Below are positions 1 to 10,838 of a stretch of DNA of 64,000 bases, piece after piece; position 1 is the stretch's first letter, and each line of letters starts with the position of its first letter. The stretch is from an uncultured Acidobacteriota bacterium. GTDB taxonomy: Bacteria; Acidobacteriota; UBA6911. Where the stretch lies: contig CAWJKZ010000009.1 of NCBI GenBank assembly GCA_963843575.1, positions 96,001 through 160,000 of the forward strand, given 5' to 3'. The position numbers and the translations under genes were made by a program. The notes below the pieces were generated by a model that was given only the letters and a program-made list of their open reading frames with translations, searched no databases and was not told the DNA's origin.

Positions 1-1
1 G

Positions 2-79
2 AACGAGTCAAACTGGCAAGCGCTCTGCAGGCAATACCACAACCGAAAGACCGCCTCAACTCAGGGCGGGTGGGGGTAG
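2..79 (+). CDS. C-terminal end of a phage-type HNH endonuclease (cut by window edge)
   Basis: Frame 2 reads NESNWQALCRQYHNRKTASTQGGWG*, matching the NWQxLCxxCHxxKT...GGxG ending of small HNH nucleases. The second Cys is replaced by Tyr. Confidence 0.6.
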   Translation, partial: NESNWQALCRQYHNRKTASTQGGWG

Positions 80-715
80 ATGAGAGAGTATCTCCACAGA
101 CCTGGAAGTTGCGCCTGCAGGCCAGGAGGATCGATATTCCTGAGTTCATGGCGAGAAGGTTCGGACTCCTGATTTTTACCTGTAACTATAGGTAGCGGAT
201 AGTGCGGCGCGTAGGCGGCTCACTGGATTAACGGTTGTGGGCTTTCGACTCCACGTTAACTTGCGCTTGCGTTCATTCAAACGACTCTATCGAAACGGCT
301 CCGGACCGGTCTCCTGCTACACCTGCCGGAGCCCCTCCGATAGAGATCTGCCGTCTATGGGGAACCGACCTGTCGCAAGCACCTCGAGATCCCCGTAAGT
401 GCCGCTGATTCAGCTGCCCACGGCTTCATCAGCCGATTAACATGGCGACAACATCAGGTGCGTCAGGTTCAATTCTGCGAATTGCCAGTGGAGGCATTCT
501 CTATGATCGACACGACCCTTGCGCACTGCCAAATCCTTGAAAAACTCAGTAACCGCGAAATGACGTAGAATCTCTCAACATGTGACAAGGTGAAACGTTT
601 CTGGAGTGTTGAGCGTATAAATCGGATAAGACCTAAGTCAGATAAAGAGGCCTGCTGAATGGCTCCGTCGCTTGCTTGATAATTCTTTGGAATCTCTCGG
701 AAAAGGAGCGCTGAA

Positions 716-2029
716 ATGAAAAACAGATGCCTAGTTGAATTCATCCTGTTTTTAACAATCGCACCGGGACTTTCCAACGCTGAAACTATCTACAGCAGTT
801 TCTTGCCTGGAAAGACTTACCAATGCTGTGTTGGACAATTTGTCAGTGGCCCTACTGCTGCCATTGCTGGAAAACTGATTGGGCAAAGAAAAATAGCCGC
901 AGCTTTCACACCCATTCATAACTATATCCTTGCTCAAATTGAGGTGGCCTTTTATTTCCCCAATGGACCAAACACAAGCCGGTTCAACCTCAGTTTGAGT
1001 CAAGACGCCGGGGGCGTGCCCGGAGCAACAATTGAGTCATGGGGTGGGCTTACCGCTCCTCCACAATATGGCGGAACATCCTCCATCGTGCAAACGGTGG
1101 TCTCGTTGCCAAACGTTCAGCTCTCAACTGGAAGTCAGTACTGGATTGTGGCCTCTCCGGCCGACTCCAATACTTACGTCGTCTGGAATTTGAATGCCTC
1201 GGACAGAACTGGTCCGGGCGGTAGAGTTGCAGAAAACTCTGGCTCCGCCTGGATCGTAGTCGATCTGCCCTTCGACAACCTTGCATTTGAGGTTCAAGGA
1301 TCGCCAGAATATCCTTTCATTGGCTATTTCCCCCAGGTAGCAGCTGGAGGCGGCTACACCACATTATTTACAATAACTAACACGGGCTCAACTACAGCAT
1401 CGGGTAGTCTTCTATTGACTGATCCGCAAGGGAATCCTCTATCCGTAAACGGAGCGTTAGTCGATTCATCAGGAATCGCACAGCCTGCATTGAGTGGACA
1501 TGCCTTTTCTTTTGCGGTTCCCGCTGGAGGAACTATTTTCTTATCTACTGGTCTGGCTGCAGAGGACCCGATAAAAACCGGTTGGGGGCAACTGGAAAGT
1601 ACAGGAGGATTACTAACCGGAGTGGCAACCTATGAGTATCTGGTCGGTTCGACGGTGCAGACAATCGTGGGCGTGTTGCAGTCGCAAACGCTGCAATACG
1701 CAACGATTCCTGTAGATTATGACAGCAGTCAAAGTAAGCAGATCTCCTACGCCATTGCCAACCCAAGCAGCCAAACGATTGCCATTAAATTGGCTCTTGT
1801 GGGACAAGACGGGACGGTCGTTGATGACACCGTCGCCGTAACACTCGGTCCGGGAGAGCAGATTGCACGGTACTTGTGGCAGGAGATGGCTCGCACGAAC
1901 TTCAAAGGTTCTCTGGTCCTCCGGGGTCAGGCGGGCGCGAGCTTTATCGCAGTAGCACTGCTTGATAAGCAGGGCCTCTCTACTGTGGTCCCGCTTATTG
2001 CAGGAAAGGCATCGAGCGTGCCGGATTAA
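716..2029 (+). CDS. Secreted protein with a choice-of-anchor R-like N-domain and an Acidobacteria-type YFPQVAxGGGY beta-sandwich C-domain
   Basis: 437-aa ORF with a signal peptide, an AAAFTP...DAGGVPG...GSQYWIVA domain, then YFPQVAAGGGYTTLFTITN...AIANP. Lower GC than the flanks. Confidence 0.7.
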   Translation: MKNRCLVEFILFLTIAPGLSNAETIYSSFLPGKTYQCCVGQFVSGPTAAIAGKLIGQRKIAAAFTPIHNYILAQIEVAFYFPNGPNTSRFNLSLSQDAGGVPGATIESWGGLTAPPQYGGTSSIVQTVVSLPNVQLSTGSQYWIVASPADSNTYVVWNLNASDRTGPGGRVAENSGSAWIVVDLPFDNLAFEVQGSPEYPFIGYFPQVAAGGGYTTLFTITNTGSTTASGSLLLTDPQGNPLSVNGALVDSSGIAQPALSGHAFSFAVPAGGTIFLSTGLAAEDPIKTGWGQLESTGGLLTGVATYEYLVGSTVQTIVGVLQSQTLQYATIPVDYDSSQSKQISYAIANPSSQTIAIKLALVGQDGTVVDDTVAVTLGPGEQIARYLWQEMARTNFKGSLVLRGQAGASFIAVALLDKQGLSTVVPLIAGKASSVPD

Positions 2030-2345
2030 GTAGGGTGTTTTAGGTAGGGTCGGAAGTATTCGGGATCCGCGCCCGATGCCCGACGCTAGTGCAGACACTC
2101 ACACACTGCCCCGTCCGGTCTGCTAATTCCGGATAGCCCTGTTACGCAATTGTCAATGAGTCCCGTTCTCGCAGGTAAACCTTTCGCCGGCAGACGCGTC
2201 CCAGCCCGGTGTGATTGGGGAACGCAAGGACGTTTCTGACCAACATTTTAATGGCGCCGCCTTCCCCGGCGCGGAGCGCTGCCTCATCTTGCGCTTTCCA
2301 GGAGCGTGCGTGATCACGCTGCGCAATGGGGGACACCCACCTTGG

Positions 2346-2642
2346 ATCCAAAACGCTGCGGCGTTTCAGGAATTGGACCTTATGATCTCGGACCTCGCAA
2401 TCACGGAAATCATATCGGCGATATCGTGCCGACGTCGCGAGGGGGCACTTCCGGCATCATCATGTGCACGCCTCCACCAGCGAATCCTGGCGGACGTTGA
2501 GAGCGGGTTCTACATCAAGAATGACCTCGTGCCGGAGGTGCATCGTGAAGCCGAACGTTTGTTGCTGGCTATTGAAAATGTTGCTTTGCGTGCCGCGGAT
2601 GCTCTTCATCTGGCGCTTGCCAGCCTGATCAGCCCACTTTGA
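2346..2642 (+). pseudogene. PIN-domain (VapC-like) toxin fragment
   Basis: ISDLAITEIISAISCRRREG...LRAADALHLALA is typical of VapC. The N-terminal DTS motif and the C-terminus are missing. Confidence 0.6.
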
Positions 2643-2685
2643 GGGCTCCGCGACCGGTAAATTCTCCGGCTCTGCCGGAGGATAC

Positions 2686-3087
2686 TTACTGTGCGGTCCT
2701 GGCCAAGCCCCTCGCCAGCCGAATGGCAAACAGCGCGCCCGCGATCACATCAAACGCGAGGCAGAACCCGGGCCACCAGGCGGGCACGCCGGGGTTATCT
2801 ATAAAGACATGGTGAACAAAATCAAACATCCCGTGCCCGGCCAGGGCGGCGGCAACCAGCCTGAGGTTTCTCCTGAATCCGAGTACTGCCACCAGGGAAA
2901 AGCCGCACAATACTGCGATTTCCAGTCCGAGAGTGCGGTTGCCGGCTCCCATCACCGCGAACAAAACATAGTAGGAGGCGACAACGATCAGCACGGTTGG
3001 ATAGAATGCCCGCCCGCGCTCCAATCCGGTCACGGCGGCAAATCCAACAACGGCCAATCCCAGCACTGCACCCACCAGATATTCCAT
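2686..3087 (-). CDS. Small integral membrane protein of unknown function
   Basis: 133-aa hydrophobic ORF with ATG and a GGAG RBS. Motifs YPTVLIVVASYY, HGMFD and GVPAWWPGFCLAFD. Confidence 0.75.
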   Translation of the reverse strand: MEYLVGAVLGLAVVGFAAVTGLERGRAFYPTVLIVVASYYVLFAVMGAGNRTLGLEIAVLCGFSLVAVLGFRRNLRLVAAALAGHGMFDFVHHVFIDNPGVPAWWPGFCLAFDVIAGALFAIRLARGLARTAQ

Positions 3088-3583
3088 GTGGTTATCTCCC
3101 GCCCGATCCGCGATGCGATCCAGATTCTACGACGAACGTCCTAAAGGAGATTATACAGTTCCCGGAGCGGGCATCAGGATCAGTCGCCAGATAAACAAGG
3201 TACCTCACGGCCAGAAACGAGCAGGCAGGCGCCCTGCATTTTACTATCCTGTCGCACAGGCCTCAAAAAGGAACCAGACAAGCTGCATCCTATAGGATGC
3301 AACGGAGTAAGATCCTGGCGGGATTTCCGGCAGGCCTGACAGGCACGAAGGAGCGGGCCCTTCTGCGGCGAGGACATCATGAGACGAACAATGGACGCTT
3401 CCCTGGGAGTTGTCGCCATTTTCGCCGGCGGCGCGGCGGCGCTTCCGGATACCCGGCATTCTGGCCGGCGGGACCGTCGCGGGATTCGGTGCCCGGGCCA
3501 GCCGGAAAGCATCGCCTTTGCAGCCTCGATGCGGCCGCCGTCCCAGCGCGCGAAACGGATCTTCCCGGGCTGAGCCCGTTCGA

Positions 3584-3760
3584 GTCACAGCGCACGGCTG
3601 CACGCGTCGCAGGATTTGTTTTTCCGATCTCGTTCATCACTGTGGTTGCGGTTAATTTCGGCATCTTCGCGCGCCTCATCGTCAGCGGCGATCCGACGAA
3701 AACCGCGCAAAACATCCTCGCGAACGAAACACTATTTCGTATCGGCATCGCGGGCTGCAT
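3584..3760 (+). pseudogene. DUF4386-like membrane protein N-terminal fragment
   Basis: SQRTAARVAGFVF...LIVSGDPTKTAQNILANETLFRIGIAG. Similarity stops abruptly. Confidence 0.55.
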
Positions 3761-4444
3761 AGCGATCTCCACGACCCTGGAATTGCGCACCGGAGAGCTC
3801 CCCCCGAAGCCCCCCGCGGATAGGAAGCTTGAGCCGCCTCTAATGGGTCGGCATCTCCTCGGTTTCATCCCTTCGAGCTTCGATTATGTCAACTTATGTC
3901 GATTTGGAGCCCGCTTGGCTTCGTCGAGTGCGGATTTTACAGGCTTCGTCGGAAGGAAGGTTTCGATCGGGTTGCGCGGCGACGCTTTGTTGTTCACTTG
4001 CGGAAATTCCGGGCGTTGCGGCCCGGGCGACCCTCCACGTCGACCTGGATGCTCATCCGTGACCTTGATGTCCTTCAGGAGCCGACCCCTGAATTTTCTT
4101 TTCACGGGTCGGATTTTTGTCCGGCCGCGGATCTTCAGAGCCGGTAAGCCAGGCCCAAAAGAGGCCGGTTCCCGTTCCTCCTGCCCGGGACGCGCAACGC
4201 GATCGAACCCGGCGGCCAAGGCTGCGCGCGGCTGCCTCCGGCTGATTATTGAAACCCCTGGGTATGGAAGCACATCTGAATCTTCCGCTTTGATCTCCAG
4301 TTTGCTCGTCGCCTGGTAGAGGTGTAGACCGCGGAGGCCGGCGTCTGCGAAACCGATGCAATGTATCGCTGTCGCGATCTTGAGGAGCTGTGCTCATTCC
4401 TCGCCTACGGCGTTCCCCATCCGCTCTCGTGATCTGAAGCTCGG

Positions 4445-7159
4445 TTAGAAGTTGATCCGGGCACCTAACTGGATCGTGCGCCCGCCGCCGTACTTATCGA
4501 ATACCCGCCCGAACCGGTCCGGGTCTCCGATATCTGTCTCAGGATCGCTGATCCACGTACGGTTGAAGAGGTTGGTAATATCTGCGCGCAGCTCGAAGTT
4601 CGCGCCCTCGCCGATAAACCGCAGCCGGGTCCGTTTGATCATCGAAAAGGACTCGCCACCGCGCGCGAAGCCTCTGAGATTCGGCTCCCGGCGTACGCCG
4701 TTGCCGAGGCGTGTGGCGACGTTAAACTCCGTAACCGGAACCGCACCCCAGGCGTTGATGTTGAGGTATGGAGTCCCGGCTCCCCGGTCCGGATCCGACG
4801 GCTTCGAGCCGATGATCTGCTGGTCTCTCGACAGCAGCGTGTCGACATAATAGCCGTTGTTGAAGAGCGCTCCGGTATCCGGTCCGGCGCTGTTGCCGAT
4901 GCTGATCGGTGAGCCCGAGCAGTAGTTCTGGATGGCACTTACGGTCCAGCCGCCGAGAACGTAGCTCAGAGGGCCGTTTCGCAGCCAGCGGCCCTCAGGT
5001 CCGAAAGGCAGATCGTAAATCCACGTGATCCGCAGGTCATGCGGGACGTTGAGGCTGGTGATGGAGTAGTCGAGCGCGCGATTATAAATGCTCTGCCCGT
5101 AACCACCGTAGTAGCCGAGAACGTCATCCGTGGTGGCAAGGGCTTTTGAGAAGGTGTAGGCGAGCAGGAAGCTCAACCCATGCGCCGAACGCTTCGTCGC
5201 CGTCACCTGCAGCGAGTGATAGTTCGACCAGCCGCCGTTGCTGCGATGGGAATTCACACCGCGGTACTGGGGGAATTCCCGCAACGACTGGCCGACCGTC
5301 CCGGAGAAGCTGGGGTAGGGCTTCTGGAACTCAGGATGCAGATCGATATGCTCGACCAGGGCGTTGCCGAGTGAAAGATACTTCGGATCAAGCTGATCCC
5401 GGTTGAACTTGTAGCCGTCGTTCAGACGCGTCCCCTTCGTCCCCACGTAGTTTGCTTCCAGCCTCGTGGCCCACGGCAGCTCCATCTGGACGCCGAAGTT
5501 CCAGTTGTGGACTTTCGGCATCTTGCGAGTCTCCGGGGGATAATAGGGTATAGAATTGTCGTTAAGCTGGGTCGGATCGTAGTTCGGCAGCGCCGCCGGG
5601 TATTGGGGATAGGGCGTATCCCAATAGTACGCCGGATCGTCGCCGCGTCCGGGGCGTCCCGTCTTCGAAACAATATTGTTGGTACCATCAAACCCCGCCC
5701 ACCACCCGAAGGCCCAGCCGTCGAGCAGAGGCGGGGCGTAGTTGATGCCGTATCCGCCGCGCAGCACAATGGTGTTGCCTGCGGAGTAGGCAAATCCCAG
5801 CCGCGGCGCAACCTGGCCGTAGTAAATATCCGCCCAGGCCGTTTTGCCGTTGCACTGCGCACAATCGCCCAGGAAGACGAGGGCCCCCGGATAGTTGTCT
5901 GCGCCGGGATTGGGCATCGTGGGATCCAGCCCGGACATCATGTTGTTCGGATTGGTGTACGACGTCGGGATGTCCCAGCGGAGACCCAGACTCAGGGTCA
6001 GGTTGTCGTTGATCTTCCAGTTATCGTGGACGTAGAAGGCGGTTGTTCGGCTCCTGACGGCATAGGTTATACCATGGATATCGACTTCGGAGTTTCGTAC
6101 GGCGCCGAGTATGAAACTCGAGAAAGCAAAACCCGTACTCTGATTGAAGCCAGGCAGAGCCGTCTGGTTGGAATTGAAGGTGTAGGTCCCGGGTGTGTCG
6201 CTGAGTTGGGAATTGATGTAATACCGCCGGTGCTCTATCCCGAACCGGAAGCTGTGCTTGGATTTTATCCAAGTCAGGTCGTTCTGGACGATGTTGCTTC
6301 CGTTGGGTTTCCTATACCCGCTTGTCTGATTCCCCCACCACAGATAACTGCCGCTCAGGGTGTTGTTCTCGCCGCGAAAAACAAGTTCCGGGAAAGTCGC
6401 TCCACCCACATTTTGAAATCCCAGCTCCGACGCCCAGTTTTTTCCGACAAGGAAACTGTTGGAGACGATGTTGTTGCTGATCCTGTTATAGCCGTAGCCC
6501 AAATGGTTCAGCATGGTCGGACTGATCGACCAGTCCTCGGCGACACGGACGATCTGGCCGGGTGTCCTCTGGATCACGTCGCCCGCGGCAGGTGTATTGG
6601 GTATCTTCCCGGGAAGGGAGTAATTGTTGAAGCCGTATCCGTAGCGGTACCGGTCGTTCTCCGTGAAAGAACCGGAGATCTTGTGCTTCTGGCTGATCAC
6701 CTGGTCTATCTTGATGCTGGAGTTCTTGATGTGCAGCTCAGGAACGCCGGTGGAGATGCGCGGTGTGTTCAGCCGCAGCGTCTCCCCCCCAACCAGACCC
6801 AACCTCGGGAAAGTAGGGTCCGGCAGGGCGTATGCCGGATTGAGGATCTTCTTCGTGACCGCGCTGAACCGGTTTGCCGGGATGATGTTGCCCGGGAACG
6901 GGTCCCGGATCCACGTCCCGTCCGCCAGCAGCCTGGTCGATAGCGGATCGTAGATCTGCCCGAACCGGACCTCCCGGCCCAGGGCATCCGTGCCGACGAC
7001 GCTGCCGGATCTCGCGTCCTCCGTGAATTTTGGATCGAAGAGCCGGGAGAAATCCCCCTGCTTCATCTGAGCCGTAGGCGAGCTCTGGTAGCTCGAACCG
7101 GGAACGTAGTCCGCCTGCTTGTTCTGTAGGATCGTTTGTGGCGGAACAGTGCGGAACAA
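4445..7159 (-). pseudogene. Oar-type TonB-dependent receptor, N-terminally truncated
   Basis: PTAQMKQGDFS, AFYVHDNWKINDNLTLSLGLRWD, APRLGFAY and C-terminal RTIQLGARINF. It lacks a signal peptide, the carboxypeptidase-like domain and the plug. Confidence 0.8.
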
Positions 7160-7927
7160 CTACGGGCGGTTCAGGTCGTAAATGATTCTCAAGCCGTCGA
7201 GGGTGAGCCAGGGGGCGACGATTCGGAAGATCGTGGTCTCGCGGGCGATGATCTCCGCCAAGCTACCCGTGGCGACAACCTTCATCGTCGGCCCAAGCTC
7301 AGCGCGGAAGCGGGCGACCATACCCTCAACAAGGCCTACATAACCGAAGAGGAGACCCGACTGCAGCGAGTGGACGGTGTTCCTCCCGATCACCGACGGA
7401 GGCCGCTGCAGGTCGACTCGAGGCAGCTTCGCAGCCCTCTGGAACAGTGCATCCGCCGCGATCCCGATCCCAGGCGCGATAGCGCCACCGAGGTAATCCC
7501 CTTCCGCGGAGATCGCATCGAATGCAGTAGCCGTGCCGAAGTCCACGACGCACGCGGGTACGCCATAGAGGGCACGGACGGCTGCCGCATCGGCCACGCG
7601 GTCGGCGCCAACCTGCCTGGGATCTTCGTACTTGAGCCGCACTCCGGTTTTGACGCCGGCATCCAGTATGAGCGGATCACGCCCGAAGTAGTCGTGGCAG
7701 ACCCGTTCGAATGTTCCGGTCAATGGCGGCACGACGGACGCTATCACCGCACCCTCCACGTCCGCTGGGATTCGCCCCTGGTGCCGGAAGAGTTGGGTGA
7801 TCGTGATTCCGTATTCGTCGGGCATGCGCTCATGGTCTGTCGCCAGCCTCCAGCGCGGACCCAACGTGTCACCGTCGTACAGTCCCAGGGTAATGTTCGT
7901 GTTCCCGATATCGATTGCGAGCAGCAT
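7160..7927 (-). CDS. coaX: Type III pantothenate kinase
   Basis: MLLAIDIGNTN, VGADR, VVDFGTAT, YLGGAIAPG and VVATG motifs. ATG at 7927. Confidence 0.95.
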   Translation of the reverse strand: MLLAIDIGNTNITLGLYDGDTLGPRWRLATDHERMPDEYGITITQLFRHQGRIPADVEGAVIASVVPPLTGTFERVCHDYFGRDPLILDAGVKTGVRLKYEDPRQVGADRVADAAAVRALYGVPACVVDFGTATAFDAISAEGDYLGGAIAPGIGIAADALFQRAAKLPRVDLQRPPSVIGRNTVHSLQSGLLFGYVGLVEGMVARFRAELGPTMKVVATGSLAEIIARETTIFRIVAPWLTLDGLRIIYDLNRP

Positions 7928-7980
7928 ACGCCTCCGAGCGCCGAAAACGGCTCGCGACAGCCATGGGCCGCCGCGGGAAT

Positions 7981-8811
7981 TCACAGCAATAGGTTGTCTA
8001 TTAGCCTCGTCCTCCCAATCGTCACCGCAAGAGACAGCAGGACACGATCCTGTACCTGGCTGAGTTCGACCAGAGCCTCCGGATCCGCTGCCGAGACATA
8101 GTCCTCGTGAACGAGCGGTTCAGCGGCGATCAGTGCGCGCATAGCAGTGCGGAGCACCTCCGCATCGCGCTCGCCTGCCTCGTATCTTGCGCGCGCTGCG
8201 CTCAAGGCACGGTACAGGACAGTCGCAGCCCGCCGTTCCGCAGTCGTGAGATACGTGTTGCGGCTGCTCATCGCAAGCCCATCGGGCTCCCGGACCGTCG
8301 CACAAACAACGATTTCAGCGGGAAAATTCAGGTCCTCTACGATGCGCCGAATTACAGTCACCTGCTGCGCATCTTTCTGGCCAAAATAGGCCCGATCGGG
8401 AGCAAACACGTTGAGCAGCTTAGCCACCACGGTGGAGACTCCTCGAAAGTGACCAGGCCTGCACGTCCCTTCCAGCGGGATTGAAAGCTGTTCGACAGAC
8501 ACAGAGGTCTGGAATCCAGGCGGGTAGACCGTCTCCGGCGATGGAGTCCAGACAAGGTCCGCTCCCGCCTGCTCGAGCAGGTCGAGATCTCGTTCGAGGT
8601 CCCGCGGGTAAGTCGCCAGGTCCTCGCCGGGCCCGAATTGGGTCGGGTTGACGAAAATGCTGACGCCCACATGATCGCACTCAGCTCTCGCGCGAGCGAC
8701 GAGCGAAAGGTGACCGCGGTGCAGGGCGCCCATTGTAGGAACCAGTCCGAAGGTTCCGGCGAGAGACTTGCGCAGAGTCCGCAACTCGTTCAGTTCTGAC
8801 GTCACTTTCAT
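7981..8811 (-). CDS. panC: Pantoate--beta-alanine ligase
   Basis: VPTMGALHRGH, SIFVNPTQF, RPGHFRGV, FGQKDAQQ, DGLAMSSRN, RLIDN. Confidence 0.96.
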   Translation of the reverse strand: MKVTSELNELRTLRKSLAGTFGLVPTMGALHRGHLSLVARARAECDHVGVSIFVNPTQFGPGEDLATYPRDLERDLDLLEQAGADLVWTPSPETVYPPGFQTSVSVEQLSIPLEGTCRPGHFRGVSTVVAKLLNVFAPDRAYFGQKDAQQVTVIRRIVEDLNFPAEIVVCATVREPDGLAMSSRNTYLTTAERRAATVLYRALSAARARYEAGERDAEVLRTAMRALIAAEPLVHEDYVSAADPEALVELSQVQDRVLLSLAVTIGRTRLIDNLLL

Positions 8812-8822
8812 GGATAGGTCGG

Positions 8823-9704
8823 TCACTCTCCGGAGAGCACGACAGCGGCCCGGACAAGCCGCCACAAGGTTTCATTTACGGGGGTTGGGATCTTCAACCT
8901 CTGGCCCTCCCGAACCACGGCTCCGTTAATCGCATCGCATTCGGTTGGCGCGCCCCGGAGAACATCCTGTAGCATGGAAGACAGGTTCCCTGCGGTTCGC
9001 CTCGCGACCTCGCGCGTGTGCCCGGCGGGATCGTCAAAGGGCAGCGCGATCCCCTTCGCGCGCGCTACTGCCGCGCACTCAGCAGCGGCTCGCCCCATGA
9101 GTGCGTCGGCATCGGGGCGAGCAAGCAATTCGCCGTTGGGAACGCGAAGCAGGGCGGTCAGTGCATTAATTCCGCAGTTCGCCACGAGCTTCCCCCAGAT
9201 GAGCCCTTCGACGTCCTGGTCGCTGCAGCGGTGCGCATCGAAACCGGCTCGCCGAAGCAGATCGATAGCCCATTCAGGGGCTGCGGCATGTGTCGGGCCA
9301 TCACCTCCAGGCCGGATATGCCCTGGACCGACGAGTGAGGCTCCGGCAGCAGTAATCCCAGCGTGCGCCGCCGACCCCAGAACCTCACGATTGCCCAAGC
9401 CGTTCTGGAGAGTGAGCGCAATACCTTCCGGGGAGAGCAGCCGACCCAGATGAGGGGCGACTGCCTGATTCTGCCAGGTCTTTACGAGTACGAGGACAAG
9501 TTCCGCGGGCTCAATCGGTTCCCCAAGCCGCGCCGCGTTCACGCGCAAGGGTGCAGCGGAAGCCCCTGCCATTCGAACGCCCCGCGCCCGGATCGTGTCG
9601 ATCGCGTCCGCCCATGTCCCTACCATCGTCACGCTGGCGACAGGCGCGAGCCGCGCCCCGAACAGACAAGCCATCGCCCCGGTACCACAGATAATCACGC
9701 GCAT
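8823..9704 (-). CDS. panE: 2-dehydropantoate 2-reductase
   Basis: GTGAMA, LVKT, LQNGLG, WGKLVANCGINALTAL, SSMLQD, TECDAINGAVV. Confidence 0.93.
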   Translation of the reverse strand: MRVIICGTGAMACLFGARLAPVASVTMVGTWADAIDTIRARGVRMAGASAAPLRVNAARLGEPIEPAELVLVLVKTWQNQAVAPHLGRLLSPEGIALTLQNGLGNREVLGSAAHAGITAAGASLVGPGHIRPGGDGPTHAAAPEWAIDLLRRAGFDAHRCSDQDVEGLIWGKLVANCGINALTALLRVPNGELLARPDADALMGRAAAECAAVARAKGIALPFDDPAGHTREVARRTAGNLSSMLQDVLRGAPTECDAINGAVVREGQRLKIPTPVNETLWRLVRAAVVLSGE

Positions 9705-9743
9705 CGGACCCTTCTGCTTGGTTCTAGGTTCAGGATCGTCTCG

Positions 9744-10640
9744 TTACCTCACTCGTCGAAGTCTTCCTTTCGACGCCCGCAGTTGTTTGAGCAATGCAGC
9801 GAAATCATCATCCTCCATGGTGGGCGAATGTTCCCGAGCGGGAAAGCGGCGGACTGCGACGTCTCCTATGTAGCCTTTAAACGCTTCGGTCATTCGGGAG
9901 TGCAGGTCTTCGTACTTCCGGACAAATCGCGGCGTGAAACGGTCAAACAGTCCCAGGAGGTCATGGGTAACCAGCACCTGTCCATCGCAGGCGCCACCCG
10001 CCCCGATCCCGATCACCGGGATTTCGACACGGTCGCGGACGAGTTGGGCGACACGGTCGGGCACAGCCTCGAGCACCAGCGCGTAGCAGCCTGCCTGCTG
10101 CAGGATGTCCGCGTCTTCCACGAGGCGAAGGGCGGCACTGGTCGATCGGGCCTGAATCTTCCAGCCTCCGAGCCGGCGAACGCTCTGAGGAGTCAGCCCG
10201 AGGTGCCCCATGACCGGAATGCCTGCAGAGCAGATCGCCTCGATGGCAGCAGCGCGCTCCCGCCCCCCTTCCAGCTTGACAGCGTCCATTCCGGCCTCCT
10301 GAAGAAAACGGCCGGCGTTGTGGACCGCTTCAGAATCCGAGCACTGGTACGACATGAAAGGCATGTCGCCGACGAGGTGGGCCCTCACTGCGCCGCGGGC
10401 GACGGCCTTACAGTGGTGCAGCATGTCTTCCATGGTCACCGGAAGGGTTGTCTCATATCCGAGTACGACCATCCCGAGCGAATCGCCCACGAGGATCGCG
10501 TCGATCCCTGCGCGGTCCAACGCAAGAGCTGTCGGATAGTCGTATGCCGTGAGCATGGTGATCGGCTCGCAACGCTCCTTCTTTGACTGCAGGTATTGAA
10601 TCGTGACTTTGGTCGCGGCGGGTGTGCGAAGTGCGGACAT
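9744..10640 (-). CDS. panB: 3-methyl-2-oxobutanoate hydroxymethyltransferase
   Basis: MLTAYD, ILVGDSLGM, DMPFMSY, AVKLEGG, GHLGLTPQ, IGIGAG..CDGQVLV. Confidence 0.97.
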   Translation of the reverse strand: MSALRTPAATKVTIQYLQSKKERCEPITMLTAYDYPTALALDRAGIDAILVGDSLGMVVLGYETTLPVTMEDMLHHCKAVARGAVRAHLVGDMPFMSYQCSDSEAVHNAGRFLQEAGMDAVKLEGGRERAAAIEAICSAGIPVMGHLGLTPQSVRRLGGWKIQARSTSAALRLVEDADILQQAGCYALVLEAVPDRVAQLVRDRVEIPVIGIGAGGACDGQVLVTHDLLGLFDRFTPRFVRKYEDLHSRMTEAFKGYIGDVAVRRFPAREHSPTMEDDDFAALLKQLRASKGRLRRVR

Positions 10641-10697
10641 GGGCTATCTTCTCCTCGGAGTAAGATGCCGCTGAAGAGCAGACACCGATTAATGAAA

Positions 10698-10730
10698 ACC
10701 GTCCCGGTCCGGAAAAGGGATCCAGGCGGC
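10698..10730 (-). ncRNA. pan RNA motif hairpin (cis-regulatory, 5' of panB)
   Basis: The minus strand GCCG-CCUGG-A-UCC-CUUUUCC-GGA-CCGGG-A-CGGU folds into a stem with two bulged A's, 58 nt upstream of panB. This is the described hallmark of the pan motif. Confidence 0.75.
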
Positions 10731-10838
10731 CGAAAGGATTATCCACCGCCGGCGCACCGAGGTCAACCGGTCACTAAAAGGCTCGTTTCATTGATGATTT
10801 CGCCCCACTCCTCGGTGGAACGTACCATAAAACGATCT

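Noticed and set aside
3297-4397. Long ORFs 3297..4319 and 3884..4273, and a LYQATSKLEI..DVLPY segment (Wzc-like) at about 4255-4322
   Set aside because: A mosaic of short remnants. The Wzc resemblance covers only about 20 aa, too short to call.
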